Shown here one piece after another: positions 15,186-25,435 of a stretch of 64,000 bases of DNA. The position numbers and the translations under genes were made by a program. The number at the start of each line of letters is the position of its first letter. Position 1 is the stretch's first letter. The stretch spans positions 620,001-684,000 of the forward strand of contig NW_027117353.1 in NCBI RefSeq assembly GCF_038025025.1. Direction: 5' to 3'. The DNA is from Phyllosticta citribraziliensis. Taxonomy: Eukaryota. Below the pieces are notes generated by a model, which saw nothing but the letters and a program-made list of their open reading frames with translations, was not told the origin of the DNA and did no database searches.

Positions 15186-18100
15186 ATGAATGCATCGCCA
15201 GCCCATGGCCCAACCATACATGGACCGATTTACGAGGTCCATGTGCAATCTCTTGGAGCATTCGATCACCTTTGCTCCCTTGCGAGGACATCGGACGTCT
15301 TCCAGCAGGACTCAGCTCTGCTGCCTTATCTCCTCGAGGAATACGATAGGTACCAGCTTTGGTCCGGCAACCTTGGTGCAGGGCATCCAAAATACAAGCT
15401 GTCTCTCGATTACCGCTTAGAGGACGCGTCTTTTTACCGTGACCAAGTAAGTTCTTCGAAGTCCCGAACAGCGACGTATGAACTGATACATAGGTTGCCT
15501 CGATAGATTCTCAGTCTCCTCAAGATCCTGCGCCGTCATATTGGAAGAATCTTGGGCGTTACCGGAGGAAATGCTTTGCCGAGCGAGCTCTGTTGGGACT
15601 CAGATGATTCCACCAGCACAACCGACGAAGATGACGACTCGTCACTCAGGATCTCATCAGACTCGGACAGTGAATTCGGGACTGGTGATGATGACCCCAA
15701 AGACTCTCATCGAGCACCGGTGGCAGAAAAACTCATGTCCTTGCTGGAATCAATCAAGCTCACCATCAATTGCTTGTACAAATTGCCGGTTCGAAAGCCT
15801 GCCCCCGTTGATCGACTGAGGGACCGATTTTCGGAAAGTGTGAACTGCTATCGAGACTTCGACATCATGTATGTCAGAGACAAGTTCAGCCCTCATATCG
15901 ATGGAAGAGTCGCAAAGAGGTTGGGGAAAATGGTCACGCGCCGACGGCAACTGCTTCGTTATCGGGAATCACACGCAAGACACCTCAAAGCAAGCCCCGC
16001 TTCGACCCATGGACCGCAAAAAGTCCAGAAAAACGCTGGCAAGGCTTTGGAAGGAAGCGCCTCCAACCTTCAAGTAGACGGCACGAGGAGCGTCGCTGGA
16101 AATAGCAGCCGCACGGGAGGATCAAAATCCGAAGCCACCAAACTGATTCCGGGCGCAAATAGAATCAAATCGGAAGATCTCCTTAATACGATGTTGACCA
16201 CAGAAGCAGAATCGGTTACATCTGAAGCCGCAAGCGATTTTACAAAGGAGAACCCCGTGGAGGTTCCTCCCAGGCCTCAAAATGAAAAAGGGGTGCCCCT
16301 GACAAGGTTTGAATGCGGGTACTGTAGACTGACAATCTATATTCAATCAGAGAGGGACTGGAAGTGAGTCTACAATTCCGATATGGGATGAATCCCTACT
16401 GAATGGTACAGGAAACACGTCTTCCAAGATTTGCAACCCTACGTCTGCACTTTCGCAGAATGCGAGCTTTCCGAGCACTTATTCGAATCTCGAGACGCCT
16501 GGTTCAAACACGAAGCACAAAAGCACCGAATTGAATTCTTCTGCAATACTGAAGGGCACGGCGTCTATAGCAGCCGAGCATTTTTCCTGGAGCATTTATC
16601 CCGAGAACACGGCACGAAACCTGAGACGGCTTCAACACTTCCTGAGCTTTTTAGGCGACCGTCTCCAAAGTTGATGCAGAAATGCAACCTGTGTGGTCGA
16701 CCGACCGAAAAGTTGAAATCGCATCTTTCGCGCCACCTTCAGCATATCGCCCTGTTTGCCGTGCCGAGATCCCATTACCTTTCCGAAACTGATGCAAAAG
16801 AAGACGACTCGAACTTGGCTCAACAGGCGAAGCCAGATGCTTTATCACAGCAGAGTCTTGAGACGACATCGTCCGACTCCGAGAGCGAGACCGATGAAGA
16901 AGCAAAATCAACAATTCCACCATGGCTGAATCAAGCAATTCAGGAAATGCACCAGAGACACGAAAACTCGGCATTTGAGGCCGCTATGACAGAACTACGC
17001 ACAGTCACCGGAGAGCCGCTTGGAACAGAGTTGCAAATCAAATGCCTTGACTGCGAGCGACTTGTTCCAACTGGGCCAGGGCACACAATAGGAAACTTCG
17101 AGGTGCATTTAAATGACCAAGCACACCTCGACGCAGTTCGTAAACGAACCGAGGCAATATTGACTTGGCTCTCGCCAGAAGACCATCTCGCCGTTCACGA
17201 CAAGATATCGAAGTACGTTGACGAGGGGAGCTGCCAGTGGTTCCTTGATACGAAGCTGTTTCAATCATGGGTGACTATGGAGATACCAAATCTGTGGTGC
17301 TTTGGACATGGTATGTCTCTCATCAGTCGCTGCCAGAGCCCCAACGCTGACTTGATTTTCTAATTTCAGCGAGTGTGGGCAAGACCTCCGTGACGTAAGT
17401 TATTTGATATCTCACGAAAATACGTGTCTGACATTACAGCAGCTCTATGGTGATCAAGAAGACCAAAGAAATCACCGAAGCGGCAACTGACCACGATAAC
17501 CACCATCGGCTCGCGTTCTTGTACTTGACACGTGAAAGAGCTTCCACAAATAACTTGCTTGGAATTCTCGCGCGGCAAATCCTCAACGGGCGCCTTGGTA
17601 TGATGAAGTCAGTGGGTCTGGTGGACGAATTCTTCAAGAGAAGCGACTGGTCCGAAAACCCCCTCGAAGTGCCGAAACTTATTGCACTGCTGTCCAATTT
17701 AGCCCTCACGTCGGCAGGTGGAATATATCTGGTTGTAGACGGTCTTGATGAGATTGTAGACGGGAACCAACGACAAGACCTGTTGCATCAACTGCGTCAA
17801 ATTGAGCAAGCTAAGATCTTGATCATGTCACGCCATTTCGAGGGATCTGAGGAACTGTCTAGAGGGTTCGAGACGATGGAAATGACGCCTCCAAAAACCT
17901 TGAGAGACTACATGGAACAAAGGCTTCCCCAGCTACCTCCCGATCTGGACTCAATGTATTCGAGAATGCTTGAACTCATCATGCAACAAGAATCCTCTCA
18001 ACGGGAGTGGGCCCTTTGGACCATTGGCTGTCTCTTCCTCACAGATAGGCCGCTCTCGATCGACGATCTTAGACGACCCGTATTGTTAGGACAGGATCTT

Positions 18101-18948
18101 CTTCATCCTCCGAAATCTTTTGACGGAGGAAAATTGCTCGAGGAAAAGGATATCCTGAACGTTTGTCGTAACTTTCTGTCAGGAGACAGCAACGCATTCT
18201 GGTTCTCCCACATGTCCACAACGACCTTTTTGCAGATCGCTCTAAAAGAACAGCATTCGGTATTTCACATCCAAATGTTGGACGTATTGGGCATAACTAA
18301 ACCAATAATGGACCTCAAAAAGGAGTTGGTACAAAGCAGCCGTGGTTCAAGTGATGATGAGGCTTCAGAAGAGACCGCGGCAGAATCAACGCAGGATGGC
18401 GAAGCCGCAGAGTCTCTACTCGCGTCAAAGATTCAAGACAAAGGCTCCATGAGCGAGCCCTTCACCACGGCCGACAATGAGGGAAAAGCGTCGGCAGACC
18501 ATGAGAAGGGTAAGTCTGCGCTACTAAATAGCCCTATATCCCTCAGATTCAATACAGGTCGTCAAGCTAACGGCAGTGCGAAGATTCGAAGTATTCGGAT
18601 GATTTTGGGAAAACAAGCACCCAGTCTTTGCATGAAGCTGGGGTGGATTCTAACACTCAAGATTCATCTGCTGCCCCCCTATCTGGTGTCCAAAGATCCT
18701 CACCATTCAGAACAGGAGGCCCGGGAATCCTTCGGGAACGGTGGCCGCTGACACCACCAGCGTTGTTTGAAAAGGGAGATAAGGTAGCCTTCCACGGGAA
18801 AGGAAACTCGCTCGATATGCGAAAGGGCTTCGAAGTAGTTAAGATAAATCAGTACGACAAAAGTGGCCGTTGGGCCTACGATCTAAGAGGCGGCCGTCAG
18901 TTGGTTAAAGGAGTACCGGAAAAGTATATCCGGTTAGAACGGCCCTGA
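15186..18948 (+). CDS. Chimeric NLR-like protein: fungal N-terminal domain, C2H2-type zinc fingers, CxxC..H..H finger, NACHT (internally shortened), acidic linker, small SH3-like C-terminal domain; ~6 exons
   Basis: RYQLWSGNLGA...SLDYRLEDAS; FECGYC...DWK|KHVFQDLQPYVCTFAEC...WFKHEAQKH; ILTWLSP...GSCQWFL...LWCFGH|ASVGKT (Walker A); IYLVVDGLDE (Walker B). Consensus splice sites at 15447, 16364, 17311, 17395 and 18510. Confidence 0.75.
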
Positions 18949-19576
18949 GCGGTGGGCGCGATGTTTTTGTTTCAAAGGAATCGTTTCCAGCAGCTTCTTT
19001 CTCCTGGAATCGCACCTGATCCGAAGCAGAGAGATAGTACGTCAGCTCCGGGGAGCAAACGCACGGCCTCACGTCGTGCAAGGCACAAAGCATCAAAAAG
19101 CTGCCACGTTTGTACCTCGTCACGGACCACATGTTCATCTTAGTTCCACATGTAGCAACGAACCGGGGCCGGGGACAGGTCCGATTGACCCCACACCACA
19201 CAGTTGTCCATCAGCTCCTTTCAAGCACTCAAGATTTGACACCAGGGCAGAATTATGTCGGTCAGCTCGCTGTCAACCGACCAGTCAGGCTAATCACAGC
19301 CTCAGATGTTCACTTCTCGCTCGCGGCACAACTTCCAGTCTTGACAGCCGTACGGCCACAAGCAGATGGATCTGATCATCAAGGACGAATGAATCGAGGC
19401 TCATCCGCCCCACATCCGACGCGCTTCGCCTTGGTGACTTGGTCCCTGCTTTCTTGTACGTGACGCACAAAAGTCTTCCGCCTCTTGATCACTTTTCAAG
19501 CTATCTGTACGACATATTGCAGACCTCCAAGATACAACAGTCCGTCGGCGGGTGAGCATCCGAAGGTCCATAGAAG

Positions 19577-22500
19577 ATGGCCGATGCTCCAACAGCCCCA
19601 GGGACTGTGACTAGCCATTTTCAATCGAACAAAGGCATCATTAGTCACCAATTAACAGCTCCAGGAGCAACCTTGGTCGGTAAGTTAATTATGATGTTTG
19701 AAAAGGCGCACCAATCACTGATGACTAAAAGCTAGGGATCAGAACAACAACAACTACTGTGAGTAGAATGATCCAACATCGCAAACCAGAACACTAACGA
19801 CAATAGACAACTGTGGTCCTCATCATGAGGACGAAGAGCGCGAAACGATACTCAACTGGCTTTCACCCTTTGAGTATTCGAGTCAGCATGATGCGATATA
19901 CAAAGACATTGTTCCTGGGACCGGACAGTGGCTGCTTGATTCTACGCAGTTCAAGATGCTGCTTGAAAACAACAAAAAGCTGTGGTGTTTCGGGCAGCGT
20001 AAGATGCACTGGTTATGCAATTCTGCGCCGTCGAGCCCTCGCTAACATTCTGATTTTGACCACAGCGGGTGCTGGAAAAACTTCTCTGGCGTCAGTATTT
20101 TCCCGTTAACGAGAAATCTTATCTGACTGCGTTACAGGTCTATCGCGATCAACCACTTCCGCGGCATTCTCCAAGATCACAAGGAGGAAGAAAAACCTTG
20201 TCGAGTCGCCTTCCTTTACCTGTCGTACAGAAAAGACCCGTCCATCCTTCAATTACTCGGAGCCCTTGCAAGACAGCTCATTGGCTCATCACAAATGCCG
20301 CCAGCCATGAAAGAGCTTTGGGACACAGAGCGCAAATTGGGAAACGATTTCCAGGACCCACCTTCGCTACCACAGCTGGACAAGTTGCTTGCGGAACTGA
20401 CATCAGACGGCAAGAACTTTATCGTCATCGATGCTTTGGATGAATTGAACACGTCCCGACAAAAGGACCTGCTCTTTCATTTACTGAAAATCCAAAATCA
20501 CAGACTCATGATCACATCAAGGGTCTTGCAAGCCCCGGAGGACTTTATGAAGTTAGAAATATCGGCCAACGGGGACGATGTGAACAAATTTATCGAACAA
20601 AGAATTGAGAACGATGCGGACTTGAAAGAATACACCAAGGATACGAGAGGCCTGAAGGAAGAGATTCAAAAAGCGATCAAATCACGGGCCAATGGAATGT
20701 AAGTCAGGGCATCTCATCTGTCCCAAGTACAGTGAATTGCAACGCTAAGCCTCCACATGTGATAGGTTCCTGTTGGTTCAATTCCACATGGACGCTCTCG
20801 CTGATGCAACAACAGTCACAGAGATCCGAGAAGCCCTGGAGGCATTACCCAGTAAGCTCAATGAGGTTTATGAGAATGCTTTGGAGCGGATCCGCAAGCA
20901 GGGCAAAGCAAGAGAAGACTGCGCCATGTCCATCCTTGGCTGGATACTTTTCGCATTTAGACCTCTTGGGGTCCAAGAATTCAGACATGCTCTGGCAATC
21001 CGACCTGGCAAAGACTTCGATTTCAACAACCTGATTCTGGAGAAAAACATCACCGGATTCTGTTGTGGCTTGGTCAGCATTGACCGCGACCTCGGTGCAG
21101 TCACTCTATTCCACAAGACAGCAATGGAATTCTTCGATGATAGGAGAAAGAACGAATTGTTCCTTTCGTTCCATTCAAGGATCGCGCTCGCGTGTGCAAC
21201 GTACCTTTGCACTCCTGAGCTGGAAGAATACACTGACCCAGAAAGCGGAGCGCTTACGCTGTGGCCGAACTTCGACAGCGATACCAACTCAGAAGTGTTC
21301 GACTCAGATATCAGATTCTACGATTCAGACTCGGATCCAGACTGTGATCCAAACTCAGATTCAGACTCAGGCCCAGAGTCTTTTCAGGGGTATGGCCGGG
21401 AATCTTGTTCGCACTCTCATAAAGACTCACCTCAGACAACTGGAGAACGGCCCTGCGCGGAGTCGGATAGGGAGTCAGATGAAGGGTCCGAAGAGTCGGC
21501 CGAACAGTCTGTCGAAGACAGTGATGAGGATACCGACACAGAGCCCTTTCTCACCAACAAATTGAAGAGATATCCATTCTCTGAATACGCCGCACTGCAC
21601 TTGGTACAACATTTCAGAAAAGACTTAAATGCGGAAGCCCGAAAAGACGTGGAGGCTCAGATCCGTTCACTCATCAAAAGTCTTCCAAAAACGCTATTCC
21701 TGGCCAGGCTACTCGGCTCCATGGAGATCGATTATCAGTACTTCCCAAATTCTGAACTTGACTCCCCTGGATCAGCGAACAGATGGTCAAATTCGTTTAG
21801 ATGTATGCTCGAATTATCAGGTCACCCCTCGGATATCCAATTCGCTGCCTTTTTTGGCAGCGCAATGCTAGTGCAAGAATTCATCCAGAATGGCCACCAG
21901 ATAGTCACGCTGAGAGACAGAGGCCAATACGCTCTGGCTATCGCTGTTAAAAACGGGTTTGATGACGTAGTAGAGACTCTCCTCAATCATGGAGTGAAAC
22001 TGCGCCTCCAAGACCCCTTTTCGCATATCATTCTTTTCGCCACGACAAAGGCAAACCCGGATGTGGTGCGCCTCATCCTTTCCAGCATGTGCGAGGATTT
22101 GAGGCCACAGCGAATAGAGTCAGCGGCTGGACATGCTGAACCCAAAATGGCAGCAAGGAGAGTGGTTCAAACATCCGATTCAGAAACCACGCTAGACTTC
22201 TGGGTCATGGTTTGGCTCGGAGTTGGTTTCTGCCAGTCCTTTACCACACCCAGCTGCTCTGGCCTCCCCATCGAAGCTTCAGAGCCGCGAGAGCCCCATC
22301 CCGCGCAGTTTTTAAAGCAAAGGGTCATGACCCTGAAAGAGCTCGAGCCGCCGGACCATTACCTGCGCTTACTCATTGCTTGTTTCAAGGGTGATGCTGT
22401 TCACATATCAAGCCTTGCAGAACGCAATCTGGTCGATCTGAGAACACGTCAAAAGACTAACTCCAGTAAAGAAAGGAAGAAAAAGTTCCTGATCAGGACT

Positions 22501-23212
22501 TCATTCTTTCTGTGCGTAGGGAGAAATTACAAGGAGGCGGTACAGGTATTCCTAGATCATGGTTTCGATCCCAACGCAACATTCTTCGGGTCACAAACAG
22601 CGCTGCACGTTGCCGTCAAGAAGGACCTCGTACCCATGGTCAGGTTATTGATTTCTGGAAAAGCAGACCCGAACCGTAAAGATGCTGGTGGCAATACACC
22701 CTGGAGCGCATATGCATGCGCGGCTCGTGCCGCAGGTACGATACCCTTTTCTTTCTTCGCAGGATACAATGCAAGACCTCTAGGGCTGACCATTAAACCT
22801 AGTTTCAAAAGAATTGTTGGACGCTGGTGTAGATCCTGACTCATCTGGCCGACGAAAGTTCCATCCTCTCCATAGGGCAGTCTGCGCGGGGAAAAGCCCC
22901 GACGTAATATTCCTTCTGAACAACAAAGTCAACCCTTCAATCCCGAACCGATACGGACTGACTCCCCTGCAAATTGCCGTTCATAAAAGACATCTGGAAT
23001 GCGCCAAGATTCTGCTGGAATTCGGGGCCGACCCGAATCAGGGCATGAAGTGCCATCCGGGGACCGTGATTGATCTAGCCACGCACACCGGGATGCAAGA
23101 GATGGTAGACCTGCTTGTCAAGCACGGCGCAGAGAGACGACCAGGAAAAGCCAGGAAGCAAGATATGACCCGTTTGAAGGGTTTCATCGACGAGGAGCTA
23201 AAAGAAATGTAG
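19577..23212 (+). CDS. NACHT-ankyrin NLR (NLR-1) with a short N/Q-rich N-terminal motif
   Basis: Inferred exons start 19577-19679, 19732-19758, 19807-. ILNWLSPF...PGTGQWLL...LWCFGQ|PGAGKT; FIVIDALDE; ANGM|FLLVQFHMDAL; winged-helix WILFAFRPL; ankyrins TALHVAV, HPLHRAV, TPLQIAV. The start exon is less certain than the rest. Confidence 0.85.
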
Positions 23213-23434
23213 GACCCATTTCTCTGAGGTGTGATAGGACCGCGCGCGTCAGTCCGAGAAGTAGCCACGATCTTATGTGTAATATATTCAACCATGTAAT
23301 TAATTTGATGCCTTCAGAGAGCACATGGATTGGTTTGTGGCTTCAAACCCATTCATTTGTCTGTGCAGGCGGTTTTGCTCCTCACCCTCTGCGATCGTTT
23401 AGGTCAAATGCTGGCCAAGATGTAAGATCAAGCT

Positions 23435-24812
23435 TCAGCGGCCCTCCGGATGCCATCCGTTGTAGTTCTGAGCAAATGTTAGCGCCGAGGGGCATCTCCT
23501 GAGCCAATGACCGCTTACCGTCGTCGAGCTCCCAATAAAATGCATACCATCTGCAGCTGCATTATACACACTCCCCATGATGACACCACCGTGGTTCTCG
23601 ACCCTCTCCCGGAAGATTGTATCTCCAATATGGATCGCGCTCGTCTAGAGTTGACTGTCAGACCAGAACCCCTATTCCAACCGATTGACTTACTTGAGTT
23701 TGCACAGCTTCCTCTGACGACGGAGATTCCAACGCAGTGATCCACTGGCAGAGCTGATCAGATACGCTGCGGAACCCAGAATGCTCGGGAAAGGCAAATC
23801 TGCACATCTCGCGATGGTTCGCCGGAATTGGCTGCGGTTTCTTCCCCGGAATCGTGGCTGAATCCTTGTCGACCACAAGCCCGAAGCTCTTTGCGATCCG
23901 CATGGGATGTTCCTCGAAGAAACAAGCGACATCAAGATAGTTCCCATCATCAGAATGCGCCCTGCCGTCCAAGTACGCCAGAAACGCGGAAGTGATGTCG
24001 GATGCCTTCTCTGATCGCTTTTGGAGATTCTTCATGCTGCTGTCGTTTGTTGTCGTGAAGAGAGAAGCCACGCGCAGAATGACTTTTCCAACTGACGCCA
24101 TGCTCGATCCTTTGAATGGGGTCCCGAGGAAAGCAACACCTTTCGTCGCATCTGCGATGTTGTGGCTGGCGACATCTGAACCATGCTGCCGGGAGAGCGC
24201 ATTCGCGACAACGAGTCCACCAAGGCTGTGCGCAACGAACAGCAAAGGACGCTCCAGCTTGAGATGGTCAGTCATTTCCAAACCAACGCCGAGTGATGAA
24301 TTGATCTCACAGTTCCTGTCCGGTTCCTCAGCCCAGCAAGGCTTTGAAGCAAGGAAGTGGAATACTCATCCAAGCTAGTCTCCAGGGGAATCTCTTTGCC
24401 GAGCCAGGATCTCGCATAGTCGGCGTCGTACCCAAAAGAGAGGATCCGAGCCGTCTTGCAAACATCGGGCAGCAAGTCCTTGGGCCAGAACACCGGGTCA
24501 GGATCCTCATCAGTCGGCTTTGTGGACCAAGTGTTGACTCTGTCGCCTCCAAGGCCATGAACGAAGATGATGCTGTGATTGTCAATCTACCAGTCCCGAC
24601 TGACCTGGCGAAAACCCGTACTCAACAGTTGCATTCGGCGGGTCAGACAGCGGTTCACCAAGCCCTGTCTTCGGTGTCATTCTTGTCTGTTCAGCCTGAG
24701 CAGGTCCAGCCTGGCTAGTTGCAGGCTTCATTTCTGCGTTCCCCTCAACCTGAGCAACTCCTTGTCCGCGCTCAAATGTCAAGCCGCGGAGGCCCATCTC
24801 CAATTTCACCAT
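23435..24812 (-). CDS. SesB-like alpha/beta hydrolase (lipase-like NLR effector) with a C-terminal putative amyloid motif; 5 exons (24812-24622, 24572-24311, 24257-23694, 23644-23519, 23467-23435), ~391 aa
   Basis: VD|IIFVHGLGG, FWPKDLLP, ARILSFGYDA, LLFVAHSLGGLVV (nucleophile elbow), FLGTPFKGS, CFFEEHP, IPANHREMCRF. All four introns have GT donor, CTRAC-like branch and AG acceptor and keep frame. The start could alternatively be an internal Met near 24680. Confidence 0.88.
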
Positions 24813-25435
24813 GTTCGCGAAAGGGTTTTCGTACGTCGATTGGTTCACTGCTTTGGATGTGTAGTAGAAAATCAAGTGCAATCAGTTTTCTGGAAACCTG
24901 CAGTCACTGTCCTCGACGAGTTTGAAGGTCCCATATATACCACCAAATGGCGATATCTCAAGTACTGTTTTTAAGTTGGTTTCACTATCCGGGAGAAATG
25001 CGAGACATAGCTCGCGTCTTCCTCAGTGCGCGTCTTGCTAAGCAATGTTTCGCTCTGCACGTGTCTTATAAGATGGCACTTGCAAGACGCGGCTGTGAGA
25101 CGTGCTAGACGACATGCTAGACTTACACCTGAATTGGCAGGCGGAGTGGTTTGTTAGTTCTTGATGCAAAGATGATGCGTCGAATTCAGGCGCTAGGAAC
25201 CGACAAGTCACTCCCATTTGCGCTCCGACACGCCCCGAGTGCGTGTGGCTGAGTCACCCGTTGAAACAAATCCCAGCTGAAGACTCCATGGTGACTTTGG
25301 CACCGCGGGTCTATATACAACATTGAGATGGTCGACAGTGAATTGGACTTTTGATATTGTTGTGAACCAAACTGCCCCTGGATACTGCGTCGATACCCGG
25401 AAACATTGTCAAAAGTTGTTGCCGAGTCCAAAGCC

